Numbered from the stretch's first letter, positions 8,605 through 18,525 are shown. The stretch: DNA of 32,000 nt from Cylindrospermopsis raciborskii Cr2010 (GCF_003367075.2 NZ_CP065936.1:870001-902000); one strand, 5' to 3'. Numbers and translations are program-made. The notes: a model not told the origin generated them from the sequence alone.

Positions 8605-9390
8605 ATGCTATCAGCTCGCGAATTGATTATTGCTCCCTTGGTTTTTAGCCTGTCTATTCTCGCTGTGACTTCCAATCAGTACCTACGACTACAGGAATTG
8701 GTAACCGCTCCAGAAAATAGGTCAGGGGAGTCTGTGGAAAAAGATGACCAGAAAAATGCTTTACGTCTTAAATTGCTTGATAACATGCCCAGTTTTGGTT
8801 ATAACAATATACTCTCTAAATGGGTGTATATCGAGTTTTTACAATACTTTGGGGATGACCAGCAAAGACAGAGGACTGGTTATGGTCTAAGTCCGGAGTT
8901 TTTAAAAATCGTTCTCAAACATGATCCAAGATTCCTTGATGCTTATTTAAGTCTTTCTGTTAGCACCTCTTTATATGCTGGGATGCCTAAAACTGCTGTT
9001 AATCTAATGACGACTAATTTACAATTGCTCTCCCCCAAATTACCGCCAAAGTCCTATTATGTGTGGAGTTATAAGGGTATTGATGAGTTATTATTTTTAG
9101 GTGATCATCAAGCAGCTCGTCAGTCTTTTATAAAAGCTGCTACTTGGGCGCGGGAATATGATGATCCAGAGGCGCAAAAAGTGGTTTTCTTCTCTGAAAA
9201 AACTGCTAATTTCCTTTTGAGGAATCCTGACAGTAAGTTTGCTCGTATTGCCACCTGGAGCATGGTTTTACAAAATAATATGGATGGTAAAACTCGACAA
9301 ATTGCTATTGGCGAAATTGAAAATTTAGGTGGTAAGGTAGTTGTTAATAACTTGGGTTTACCCATTGTTATTTTTCCTGAAAGGGACTGA
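8605..9390 (+). CDS. Hypothetical protein with an N-terminal signal anchor or signal peptide
   Basis: 261 aa ORF transcribed divergently from the three-gene operon. Hydrophobic N-terminus LIIAPLVFSLSILAVTS. No motif recognised. Confidence 0.55.
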   Translation: MLSARELIIAPLVFSLSILAVTSNQYLRLQELVTAPENRSGESVEKDDQKNALRLKLLDNMPSFGYNNILSKWVYIEFLQYFGDDQQRQRTGYGLSPEFLKIVLKHDPRFLDAYLSLSVSTSLYAGMPKTAVNLMTTNLQLLSPKLPPKSYYVWSYKGIDELLFLGDHQAARQSFIKAATWAREYDDPEAQKVVFFSEKTANFLLRNPDSKFARIATWSMVLQNNMDGKTRQIAIGEIENLGGKVVVNNLGLPIVIFPERD

Positions 9391-9415
9391 CTTTTTCGGT
9401 TATGAATAGGAACGG

Positions 9416-10210
9416 ATGATGTATTGGTATTGTGGTCAACTGATAAAATCAACAACACTGACATTAGATGTTGATGACCCAGGACTAATTTACGGAGCTA
9501 CAGTTTTTACAACTATTAGGGTATATCAAAGCTGTATAAATCATAGACTAACTAGTTGGCATGCTCACTGCTTTCGTTTAAAATCTACTCTAGAGACATT
9601 TGACTGGAAAGAGCCTAATTGGCTATCTATACGTCAAGGTGCGGAAATACTTTCACAAAATTTCCCCGTCATCAGAATCACTGTTTTCCCCGATGGTCGA
9701 GAATGGATTACAGGTAGATTCCTCCCAGAAAACCTAGCTGAAAGACAAAATCATGGTATAATGGTCGCTGTTGGCGATGTTAGATGGAACCGTTCCCTAC
9801 CCGAGCATAAAACTGGTAACTATCTGGCTCCTTGGTTGGCAAAAACTAATGCCCAAAGTCTCAAAGCCCAAGAAGTAATCTTAGTAGATAACCAGGGAAA
9901 TTGGCTGGAAACTGCCACTGGTAACCTCTGGGGTTGGAAAGACCACTGCTGGTGGACACCACCTCTCACAGAGGGAATTCTCCCGGGAATCGAGCGATCG
10001 CTCATTATCGGGCACTTACAAAAAAATCAAATTCCCGTCAAGCAAGAACCATGGACAGGAAACCTGGTCAAAAACCTAGAGGCGATCGCCTATAGCAACA
10101 GCGTGGTAGAGATAGTTCCCATATATATGGTGCAGGATTGTCAAGAGAGGTTAGAATATAATCCTAGACATTCATGCTTTTGGGAGATCAAAAGATTATT
10201 TCTATCATGA
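9416..10210 (+). CDS. Aminotransferase class IV family protein, aminodeoxychorismate lyase (PabC)-like
   Basis: 264 aa. N-terminus DDPGLIYGATVFTTIRVY and the PLP-lysine context EHKTGNYLAPW are typical of fold-type IV enzymes, and the size fits PabC better than IlvE. Confidence 0.7.
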   Translation: MMYWYCGQLIKSTTLTLDVDDPGLIYGATVFTTIRVYQSCINHRLTSWHAHCFRLKSTLETFDWKEPNWLSIRQGAEILSQNFPVIRITVFPDGREWITGRFLPENLAERQNHGIMVAVGDVRWNRSLPEHKTGNYLAPWLAKTNAQSLKAQEVILVDNQGNWLETATGNLWGWKDHCWWTPPLTEGILPGIERSLIIGHLQKNQIPVKQEPWTGNLVKNLEAIAYSNSVVEIVPIYMVQDCQERLEYNPRHSCFWEIKRLFLS

Positions 10211-10319
10211 CAGGAGTGAAGTTTTGGTATATCTTAAAATAAGTTAACATAATTCTCATAAAATCTCTCTTATTTTAGAGAACTTAGACTAACGCCCAAA
10301 ACTAGGAGGATATACCTCA

Positions 10320-12161
10320 GTGAACAAGAGATGGAGAAATGCGGGGCTGTACGCGCTGTTATTTATAGTAGTAATAGCCTTAGGGACAGCGTTTTTTGAC
10401 AATCAACCGCCACAGGTAGAAACGTGGAGGTATAGTGAATTTATCCAACAGGTGGAACAGGGGCGGGTAGAAAGAGTTAGCCTCAGTTCAGATCGGACCA
10501 CAGCGGTGGTGACACCAAAATATGATCCGAATAAAAAGCGGGTCATCCTGGTCAACGACCCAGATTTAATCAACACCCTAAGCAATAAAGGTGTAGATAT
10601 TGCCGTACTACCTCAAACAGACGACGGATTTTGGTTTAGAGCACTCAGTAGCCTATTTTTCCCTGTATTGCTATTAGTAGGTTTATTTTTCCTACTACGT
10701 CGGGCCCAGAGTGGTCCTGGTAGTCAAGCGATGAACTTTGGGAAATCTAAAGCCAGAGTGCAAATGGAACCCCAAACCCAAGTTACCTTTGGGGATGTGG
10801 CGGGTATTGACCAAGCCAAACTGGAATTAAATGAAGTTGTAGACTTTTTAAAAAATGCTGATCGCTTTACTGCTATTGGCGCGAAAATTCCTAAAGGTGT
10901 ATTATTAGTAGGACCACCAGGGACAGGTAAAACCCTATTAGCACGAGCAGTAGCAGGGGAAGCGGGTGTACCCTTCTTCAGTATTTCCGGATCAGAATTT
11001 GTGGAAATGTTCGTGGGTGTGGGTGCATCTAGAGTGCGAGACCTGTTTGAACAGGCAAAATCCAATGCTCCCTGTATAGTCTTCATTGATGAAATTGATG
11101 CGGTAGGTCGTCAAAGAGGAGCAGGTTTAGGGGGAGGTAACGATGAAAGAGAACAAACCCTCAACCAATTACTAACGGAAATGGATGGTTTTGAAGGTAA
11201 TACAGGAATTATCATTATTGCTGCCACTAACCGTCCAGACGTTCTTGATTCAGCTCTATTGCGTCCTGGTCGATTTGATCGTCAAGTAGTAGTAGACCGT
11301 CCTGACTATGGTGGAAGGAGTGAAATCCTCAGAGTTCATGCTAGAGGTAAAACCCTATCAAAAGATGTAGACCTAGATAGAATTGCCCGTCGCACTCCCG
11401 GATTCACCGGTGCGGACCTATCCAACCTGTTGAACGAAGCAGCAATTTTAGCAGCACGTCGCAACTTGACCGAAATTTCCATGGATGAAATTAACGATGC
11501 TATTGATCGGGTATTAGCAGGTCCAGAAAAGAAAGACCGGGTAATGAGCGAAAAACGCAAAACCTTGGTAGCATATCATGAAGCTGGTCATGCTTTAGTT
11601 GGTGCATTAATGCCTGATTATGACCCCGTACAAAAAATTAGCATTATCCCCCGTGGTCGTGCAGGTGGTTTAACCTGGTTTACTCCCAGTGAAGACCGGA
11701 TGGATACAGGCTTGTATAGCCGCGCATATCTAGAAAATCAAATGGCCGTTGCGTTGGGTGGTCGTTTAGCAGAAGAAATTATTTTTGGTGAAGAAGAAGT
11801 AACCACTGGTGCTTCCAACGACCTGCAACAGGTAGCTAGAGTAGCTAGACAAATGATTACTCGTTTTGGTATGAGCGATCGCTTGGGTCCTGTAGCTTTA
11901 GGTCGTCAGCAAGGTAATATGTTTCTAGGTAGAGACATCATGTCCGAACGGGATTTCTCGGAGGAGACTGCCGCTGCAATTGACGAAGAAGTTCGCAAAC
12001 TTGTTGATACGGCATACTCCCGAGCCAAGGAAGTACTACTAAATAACCGTCAGATTTTAGACCAAATTGCTCAAATGCTGATTGATAAAGAAACGGTGGA
12101 TGCTGACGAATTGCAGGATATCCTATCTAATAATGATGTAAAAACGGCAGCCTTTGCCTAA
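10320..12161 (+). CDS. ftsH: ATP-dependent zinc metalloprotease FtsH
   Basis: GTG start. Two TM segments, Walker A GPPGTGKT, the AAA second region of homology, and the zinc motif HEAGHA. Confidence 0.95.
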   Translation: MNKRWRNAGLYALLFIVVIALGTAFFDNQPPQVETWRYSEFIQQVEQGRVERVSLSSDRTTAVVTPKYDPNKKRVILVNDPDLINTLSNKGVDIAVLPQTDDGFWFRALSSLFFPVLLLVGLFFLLRRAQSGPGSQAMNFGKSKARVQMEPQTQVTFGDVAGIDQAKLELNEVVDFLKNADRFTAIGAKIPKGVLLVGPPGTGKTLLARAVAGEAGVPFFSISGSEFVEMFVGVGASRVRDLFEQAKSNAPCIVFIDEIDAVGRQRGAGLGGGNDEREQTLNQLLTEMDGFEGNTGIIIIAATNRPDVLDSALLRPGRFDRQVVVDRPDYGGRSEILRVHARGKTLSKDVDLDRIARRTPGFTGADLSNLLNEAAILAARRNLTEISMDEINDAIDRVLAGPEKKDRVMSEKRKTLVAYHEAGHALVGALMPDYDPVQKISIIPRGRAGGLTWFTPSEDRMDTGLYSRAYLENQMAVALGGRLAEEIIFGEEEVTTGASNDLQQVARVARQMITRFGMSDRLGPVALGRQQGNMFLGRDIMSERDFSEETAAAIDEEVRKLVDTAYSRAKEVLLNNRQILDQIAQMLIDKETVDADELQDILSNNDVKTAAFA

Positions 12162-12183
12162 ACTAGCAAATCACCGATCTTAA

Positions 12184-13635
12184 TTAGGTCGGTGACACTA
12201 GATTTAATTGAGTAATAATTTCCCAGGGGTCTGCTACAAAAACAATAGTACCATCGGAGTCAATGGTAACTCCTGCAAGACCAGTGGGTTTGGGTAAAAT
12301 TCCCGGGAATTGTTTAACAAAGATTTCCCTTTCACCCAACACCTGGTCAACCTGGAGAGCGACTACAATATCACTACTACCGGGGTGAAGAATAACTACA
12401 GAAGTGTTTTGACCATTGTCCGTTGAGGGAGTATTAAAAATTTGACGATGAAATCCTAATACTTCAGAGAGAGTGCGTAAAGGCAAAATCCGTTCTCCCC
12501 AGCGGATAAATGGTTTACCTTTAGCATCCCTGGCCAGGTCTTTCACCAATATATCCATGGTTTCCATCACATATTCCTGATGGAAAGCAATTGTGTAGTT
12601 ATGGAAAACACAACATATAGCTCCACAAGCAGTCAGACCACTTAAACTAATAGGTAACTTGATAGTCAAAGTTCTAGAGGAATCAGTGCTAATAGTGCCA
12701 TAAACTTGGTGAAGAATGGGTAGCAAATTTTGGATTAGCCTATGGTAGTTAATTCCCAGAGTATTATTAGCTACAGATATAAAAGTTATAGATAGGAGAT
12801 TATATTTACCCTTAACAGAAACCTGGATAGTGATTTTTCCTGCAGGTGATTTGCCAGAAGCAATGCGAACTGAAGGAGTTTTAGTTTCCTGGGACATAGC
12901 ATGATGGAGTATATAAATCAGACAATCAGTCAGGTGGGGTAAAATTAGCTTATCCACAAGAGTTTCTTGTCCTTGTATAACCAAGTCTACCTTTTTGCCA
13001 TACTTCACTCCATCAATAGTCACCTGATTACGTAATCGTTCACTAGCTCGAGCAAAAGGGATCCGTTGTATGCTGACACAACTATCTCGTAATTTTTCCG
13101 TGACTTGATCACACTGCTCACTTAAAGTTTGAATTTCCTCTTGAACAAAATCAATATCTACTGCGGACTCCACCATGGTGGAAGTACATTCTATAATTTC
13201 TTGGTGCAGGGAATAAAAAGGACTAGATGGGTCATTTAACTCTTGTATTCTGATACCGATCTGAGAAAGCTGTTGAATTTGAGAGAGCAGATGGTCTAAA
13301 GATTGGCACAGGTACTGGTGATTATGTGCTAGGACATGGTGACTGGTCAGCAAGTCCCCCACCAAACTTGCCATTTGATTTAAATGATCAAAAGAAATAT
13401 TGACACCCTCCTTACCCGCAAGAGACGAGGGCTCTGGTATTTTGGCAACTTGGTATTTTCTCTCTGTGGGAGTAGGACCAGCTCCCTTTTCCCTGACTAT
13501 TTGTGATGAGACTTGTTTAGATCCTGCCAATAAGCTATCTTCCAACTCCTTAATCAAATCTTCCAAATTCTCATCTACAGGTTTTTTTTCAGGTTTGTTT
13601 CCCGTATCTTCCCAAAAACTATTAGCATCATGCAT
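12184..13635 (-). CDS. CheA-like protein without an Hpt domain and with a degenerate ATPase domain (P3 dimerisation - decayed P4 - P5/CheW-like)
   Basis: It aligns by eye to the CheA P3-P5 region (GKKVDLVIQGQETLVDKLILPHLTDCL..., GKSPAGKITIQV..., C-terminal CheW-like VVALQVDQVLGEREIFVK). However, the N-box reads YILHHAMSQETK, the G1 box reads SVANN, and the F/G2 lid region is absent. Confidence 0.8.
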   Translation of the reverse strand: MHDANSFWEDTGNKPEKKPVDENLEDLIKELEDSLLAGSKQVSSQIVREKGAGPTPTERKYQVAKIPEPSSLAGKEGVNISFDHLNQMASLVGDLLTSHHVLAHNHQYLCQSLDHLLSQIQQLSQIGIRIQELNDPSSPFYSLHQEIIECTSTMVESAVDIDFVQEEIQTLSEQCDQVTEKLRDSCVSIQRIPFARASERLRNQVTIDGVKYGKKVDLVIQGQETLVDKLILPHLTDCLIYILHHAMSQETKTPSVRIASGKSPAGKITIQVSVKGKYNLLSITFISVANNTLGINYHRLIQNLLPILHQVYGTISTDSSRTLTIKLPISLSGLTACGAICCVFHNYTIAFHQEYVMETMDILVKDLARDAKGKPFIRWGERILPLRTLSEVLGFHRQIFNTPSTDNGQNTSVVILHPGSSDIVVALQVDQVLGEREIFVKQFPGILPKPTGLAGVTIDSDGTIVFVADPWEIITQLNLVSPT

Positions 13636-13670
13636 ACTTTTTGTTTTTACCTAGGTTTAAATAATGGTAT

Positions 13671-15122
13671 TTAGGGGGAGTTAAGAGTTGCTTTCTCAAT
13701 TGAGGAGTCTATATCAGCTATTATAGGAGTAATATCTTCCAGAGATTGCCTAGCTTGTTGTGCAAGTTTCGTGCTATTGATAACTCGTTGTTTACTCCCT
13801 TCCATAGTGAGTAGGATATGGTTAGTCTCCTTATCAATGTTTCCAAACATGTCTTGAATCTGCTTAATAGATTTAGCTGTCTTATCTGCTAGTTGGGATA
13901 TTTCATTGGCCATAATTGCCAGTCCTCTTCCTCCTACGCCAGATTTTGTTGCTTCAATACTGACATTTAATGTTAACAAATTAGTACGAGAGGCTAATTG
14001 GGATGCTAAGGTAGCCAAGGAATTAATTTCTTGACAAGACTCGACCAAGTATTTTAGTTGAGGTTCGGTTTTTGTTAGGGTTTCTCCAACTACCAAAATT
14101 TCCGCCACCATGTTTTCCAGAGCTTCACTAACTTGACTATTAATGTCATTAACGCGATGAACCGAGGTTTGAGCTGCTTTACCTATTTTCCTGACTTCCT
14201 CTAGGGATTGGGTCATAGTTACTACGGAGTTAAGAGTGACTGCTAACTCTTTGGCTTGGCCGGAGTTTTGTTCCTGAAAAGCACGTCGAACAGATTGATG
14301 TGCCAGACCACCCATGGAAGCAGCAGTGATTCCACCTATAATTCCAGCACCTAGCGGTACTCCCCAATTGGCATTTCTCATCCATTCACGTTGGGATACC
14401 CATGAGCTGGTTCCAAAGCCAACTACAGCAGCTGTTAGGGCTGAGGTAAAACCTACTACTAGTGCGGTAGACCACTGCTGTTTTTTTAAAACAGCATTTA
14501 AGGAAGAATTTTGTCGAACGGGAACATTCTCTGGTAATGGATCTTGGGTACTTACGGATTTATCTTCTAGTAACCTTTGGTTATGGTTACCAGCTAATTC
14601 ATCATGGGTATCTATGTTTTCATCCATTTCTACCGGTTCCCAAGATGAAATACTTTTTAAATCATCAAATTCATCGAAATTAACCAGGAATTCAATTTTG
14701 TCCATATCGTTATAACTATACTTTTTATCTGATTCCAAAAGGTGTGATGGATCATTTTCTTCTATATCGGAAAACAGTTGTTCCACACTACTGGGATCTC
14801 CAATGAAAGCACCATCAGAACCACTCTTTAAAGCAGAGCTGTCAGTGACTAGCTCCTGTTCAATCACTTGCAATTTTTGACGAGCTGAACCTAGTATTTC
14901 TTGATTATTTGTTAAACCCAGTACCCGATCATATTCCGCTTTGGCAACCTTAAATTTTCCTAGAGCATAGTATATATTACCCCGCAACAGGTGGGAATTA
15001 GGGTCTTCTCCTAAAATGCTGACTACTTGGTCTATTAGAGTAGCAGCACTTTGATAATCACCTCTTATGTAAGCTGTTAATGCCTGCTGATATTTGGAAT
15101 TTGGCTCATCTGTACTTATCAT
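13671..15122 (-). CDS. Methyl-accepting chemotaxis protein with an N-terminal TPR domain, acidic linker, two closely spaced TM helices and a short signalling domain
   Basis: Signalling hairpin TNLLTLNVSIEATKSGVGGRGLAIMANEISQLADKT. TPR-like N-terminus (YQQALTAYIRGDYQSAA..., GNIYYALGKFKVAKAEYDRVL). The TM helices WSTALVVGFTSALTAAVVGF and VPLGAGIIGGITAASMGGLA are separated by only about 17 residues. Confidence 0.85.
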   Translation of the reverse strand: MISTDEPNSKYQQALTAYIRGDYQSAATLIDQVVSILGEDPNSHLLRGNIYYALGKFKVAKAEYDRVLGLTNNQEILGSARQKLQVIEQELVTDSSALKSGSDGAFIGDPSSVEQLFSDIEENDPSHLLESDKKYSYNDMDKIEFLVNFDEFDDLKSISSWEPVEMDENIDTHDELAGNHNQRLLEDKSVSTQDPLPENVPVRQNSSLNAVLKKQQWSTALVVGFTSALTAAVVGFGTSSWVSQREWMRNANWGVPLGAGIIGGITAASMGGLAHQSVRRAFQEQNSGQAKELAVTLNSVVTMTQSLEEVRKIGKAAQTSVHRVNDINSQVSEALENMVAEILVVGETLTKTEPQLKYLVESCQEINSLATLASQLASRTNLLTLNVSIEATKSGVGGRGLAIMANEISQLADKTAKSIKQIQDMFGNIDKETNHILLTMEGSKQRVINSTKLAQQARQSLEDITPIIADIDSSIEKATLNSP

Positions 15123-15679
15123 TTCTCCTCCTGATTAAATTTGACCATACTTGCCCATTTATCGCTTTGCAGAATTATTTTTTGATTAATCAGTTTTACG
15201 GACTTGTTATTTTCACTATCTAGCCATTCCCCGTGAACAAAAGGAACTGTGTCATCTGGTACATCGGTTGGAGCTACTACAGATTCCATATCTAACCAAA
15301 ACGTAGCACATATTTGGTCTACTGCTAAACCAATTATGGTGTCTTCATACTCAGTCGTAATAACTGATACTTGTGATCTACGTTCTAGATTTAAAGGTAT
15401 CATTTCTCCCATAAACTTTCCTAAGTCTACTACCCAAATTAACCGACTTCGCCAATTGACTACTCCTAAAACCAATGGGGAGGTGTTAGGAATGGGTATG
15501 ATTTGATTGGGAGTAACTTCTATTACCTCTTTGATGCTAATTAAGGGTAGGGCAAATTCCTCGGGTGAGGACAAATAAAACCTCAGATACAACTCGTCTT
15601 TTAAAGACGGGGATTGATTGAGACCTTTAGTATCAGTATTTTCTGGTAATTTGGCGTGTCGGTTTTGGCGAGTGATCAT
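15119..15679 (-). CDS. cheW: CheW-like coupling protein
   Basis: 186 aa with a CheW domain (FALPLISIKEVIEV, LVLGVVNWRSRLIWVVDLGKFMG). Its TGA overlaps the ATG of the MCP gene (ATGA at 15119-15122), which suggests translational coupling. Confidence 0.85.
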   Translation of the reverse strand: MITRQNRHAKLPENTDTKGLNQSPSLKDELYLRFYLSSPEEFALPLISIKEVIEVTPNQIIPIPNTSPLVLGVVNWRSRLIWVVDLGKFMGEMIPLNLERRSQVSVITTEYEDTIIGLAVDQICATFWLDMESVVAPTDVPDDTVPFVHGEWLDSENNKSVKLINQKIILQSDKWASMVKFNQEEK

Positions 15680-16190
15680 ATTTTCGGGAGTTTTCCAAGT
15701 GGGTTGTGGCCCATTCTAACTTTCTTTTTCTGTTGGAGTTAGAAACGGTTGTCGAATAACTATGGAAGCATTTTCTACTATTGCTATGCTACCACCAGGA
15801 AAAGGATCACTTTGAGAACGGTTGGGGGCGTTAATTAAATCCGTGATTTTTTCAATATGATCAAAATTGGGGGTTTGTGGTAACGCTTCCTGCAATATTT
15901 GACGGATCACCCGGCATTGGAGAGCTAAGGGCTGTTGTTTTAATAAATGACGATTCAGACGTAAATCACCATTTTCACACTTTGTTAAGGCTTGTAACCG
16001 CAACTGGTGAGCTACTTGTTCTAGATACTCTACTTCTGCTCGTAACAACTCTGCTGTATGAGATAAATGGGATTCCACCTGGGGGTTGAAGTTTGCTGCA
16101 AGATAGGGGAGTAACTGCTGACGAATACGATTTCGGGGGTACTGTAAATTTTGTGGAATGGTAAATCCCAACTAGTTGCTAGATTTTTTA
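15632..16190. repeat. Direct repeat, copy A (cheW 5' end + spacer + tilS 3' part), about 97% identical to 19562-20458 apart from two indels
   Basis: Base-by-base comparison of the two stretches gives about 13 substitutions over the ~470 nt tilS-derived part. Relative to copy B, copy A lacks 24 nt and about 312 nt. Confidence 0.9.
15716..16190 (-). pseudogene. tilS pseudogene fragment: duplicate of the C-terminal 144 codons of tilS joined to a ~40 nt piece from further upstream in tilS
   Basis: The 151 aa ORF (15716-16171) differs from tilS residues NLQYPRN...EKES at 7 positions. It lacks the PP-loop N-terminal domain entirely. Confidence 0.85.
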
Positions 16191-16409
16191 ATAGCCTAAT
16201 TAAATGGCTACATATATTATGCTTGCACGCATTTAATCAAAGCCGCAATATATAAAACTCAGATTGGTAAATTAATTACCCGATGTCAAAGCAAAAATAA
16301 TTAATCACTGGAGGCTGAAAAATTATCACAAAAATATAGTATTCCTATTTAATTTGTAGAGTTACTCATGTATGATGATAACTGCAATTTTTAATTGAGG
16401 ATATTAATA

Positions 16410-17483
16410 ATGAGTCAACCGACTTACAAATTATTATTTATGTCCACAGGTGTTGGTGCTTTGGGTTCAGGGTTAGGTGGTGGAATAGAAGTCACCCTCC
16501 CCAATATTGTCAAAGCAATGCAGCAAAGAGGACACACAATAGATATTGTCGCACCAGCAGGTTCTCGCAGTGGTTCGTTACCTTTGATAGAAATACCCGG
16601 AAATACACAAAATGCCGCCCAAGATCAAAAGTATGATGCAGAAATAGGGATTCCGACAAATTCAGTTTTAGCAAATATGTGGAGTTATGCTTATCAAGTA
16701 CAGGGAAATTATGATTTAATTTTGAATTTTAGCTATGATTGGTTGCCATTATATTTAACGCAATTTTTTCATCGTCCAGTTGCCCATTTAATTAGTATGA
16801 GTTCTTTACTGGATGCGATGGATGATATGATTGCCAAGGTAGCAACTCAGTTTCCCCATGCTATTGGTGTTCACTCAAAAACACAAGCTGCAACTTTTCC
16901 TTGCCCTGATGAATGTGTTTGTTTATTTAATGGATTAGACTTGTCTTTGTATCAGTTTTGTGATCAACCTGGTAATAGCTTAGGTTGGGTAGGCCGCATA
17001 GCACCAGAAAAAGGTTTAGAAGATGCGGTAGCAGCAGCAAATACTTTAGGAATGCCTCTAAAAATCTTTGGTTTGATGCAAAATGAGGAATATTGGCAGC
17101 AAGTTCGTCAAGCGTATCCCGATGCACAGATAGATTACCAAGGATTTGTCTCTACAAACGAATTACAAGCGGGACTGAGGGAATGTCAAGCTATGTTAGC
17201 TACTCCCCACTGGATAGACGCTTTCCCCACTGTAGGTTTAGAATCTTTAGCTTGTGGAGTACCGGTGATTGCTTATAGTCGGGGCGGTTTAGTGGAAATA
17301 GTGGAAGATGGCAAAACTGGGTTTTTGGTTGAGCCAGATAGTGTACAAGGTTTAATAGATGCTGTTAAACGGGTACACACTATTGATCGTCAAAATTGTC
17401 GCCAGCAAGCAGAGAGTTTATATTCTTTGGCAGCAATGGGCGCTCGTGTAGAACAATGGTTTGAGAAGATTTTAAACAGATAA
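16410..17483 (+). CDS. Glycosyltransferase, GT-B fold, family 4-like
   Basis: N-terminal glycine-rich GVGALGSGLGGGIEV and the C-terminal E-x7-E region GLESLACGVPVIAYSRGGLVEIVEDGKTGFLVE. I prefer the ATG at 16410 to the TTG at 16395. Confidence 0.8.
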   Translation: MSQPTYKLLFMSTGVGALGSGLGGGIEVTLPNIVKAMQQRGHTIDIVAPAGSRSGSLPLIEIPGNTQNAAQDQKYDAEIGIPTNSVLANMWSYAYQVQGNYDLILNFSYDWLPLYLTQFFHRPVAHLISMSSLLDAMDDMIAKVATQFPHAIGVHSKTQAATFPCPDECVCLFNGLDLSLYQFCDQPGNSLGWVGRIAPEKGLEDAVAAANTLGMPLKIFGLMQNEEYWQQVRQAYPDAQIDYQGFVSTNELQAGLRECQAMLATPHWIDAFPTVGLESLACGVPVIAYSRGGLVEIVEDGKTGFLVEPDSVQGLIDAVKRVHTIDRQNCRQQAESLYSLAAMGARVEQWFEKILNR

Positions 17484-17521
17484 GAAAAAATCAATAGTTT
17501 GCTTATTCCTTATCTGTTTTT
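17474..17521 (+). terminator. Possible intrinsic terminator: AAACAGATAAG / 24-nt loop / CTTATCTGTTT followed by a T-run
   Basis: Inverted repeat 17474-17484 and 17509-17519, overlapping the glycosyltransferase stop codon. The long loop lowers confidence. Confidence 0.4.
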
Positions 17522-17591
17522 ACTGAACATGATATGACAGCAAAATATTCAAAATCTTTTGGGGTAAGCATCTTGCTTACCTCCAATTATT

Positions 17592-18335
17592 TTATGATAC
17601 TTGGCGTAAACGTTGAGCTTCTGCACCAAAATTCGGATTTTCAATTACATGATTGGGTTGACTCCATTGAGAGTTTTTTAGTGTAATTAAGGAAAAGCAA
17701 TCACACAAAATATCGCCACACCAATTAACTATTTCTTGGTGAAAACATTGTAAGCCAGCCTCTTGGGAGTATTGCTCAAATAGTTTAGCAGTCATGCTTT
17801 CTGCTCGCCAATGAATGTTTTCTACCTCTAGCTTTCCAGTAGCGGGATTGAGATAATTGCCCAAGTTAGAATGATGGATAAATCCTACACCATTGGGTTT
17901 AAGTTTCAGGGCTATCTGTTGTAAATAGGATTTAATGACATCTTTTTCCACATGGACTAAGGAATCAAAACTAAAAATGAAATCAATAGATTCATCTTCA
18001 ATCATGGTTAATGATTTTCCATCATTGACATGATATGTAATGTGAGAACAATCTGCAAAGCGTTCTTGACAAGCGGCAATACACTTTTCAGTTAAATCTA
18101 CGATAATTAAATCTTGACAATAATCCTTTAGGTATTGTGTCCAACGTCCAAAACCAGGAGCTATTTCTAATATTGTTGTTCCTGTTTTTGTCTCAGGAAT
18201 AAAGGTTTTAATTCGCGGATGTATAGTTCCAAAAAAACAGTTATCTGTTCCACCCCATGGACTCGACCATTCATTACCCTGTTGGGTCCAATCGTAATTA
18301 GACCATGTATTTAAGTTTTCCTGAACACTAGGCAT
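17592..18335 (-). CDS. Class I SAM-dependent methyltransferase
   Basis: Motif I ILEIAPGFGRWTQYL, followed by IIVDLT and post-motif DFIFSFDSLVHV. Confidence 0.8.
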   Translation of the reverse strand: MPSVQENLNTWSNYDWTQQGNEWSSPWGGTDNCFFGTIHPRIKTFIPETKTGTTILEIAPGFGRWTQYLKDYCQDLIIVDLTEKCIAACQERFADCSHITYHVNDGKSLTMIEDESIDFIFSFDSLVHVEKDVIKSYLQQIALKLKPNGVGFIHHSNLGNYLNPATGKLEVENIHWRAESMTAKLFEQYSQEAGLQCFHQEIVNWCGDILCDCFSLITLKNSQWSQPNHVIENPNFGAEAQRLRQVS

Positions 18336-18525
18336 TTTGATCTCCTATCAATGAAAATATGTTAAAAATACAAAGGTACAGCACTTAGGCTAGAGTGTGT
18401 ACTTAGAATCATACAGCAGTTTAGGTCAATTTCCGATACAATTGTGAAATTGATGTGCTTTTAGGCATAATATCAAATATTACGCATGATTTAGCTAAAT
18501 TATTGTATTCAGCAGGTAGAAAAAT

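Noticed and set aside
15716-16171. 151 aa ORF as an independent functional gene
   Set aside because: It is a near-identical copy of only the C-terminal part of tilS. It lacks the PP-loop ATPase domain, needs a TTG start created at a deletion junction, and shows an excess of non-synonymous changes. It is called a pseudogene.
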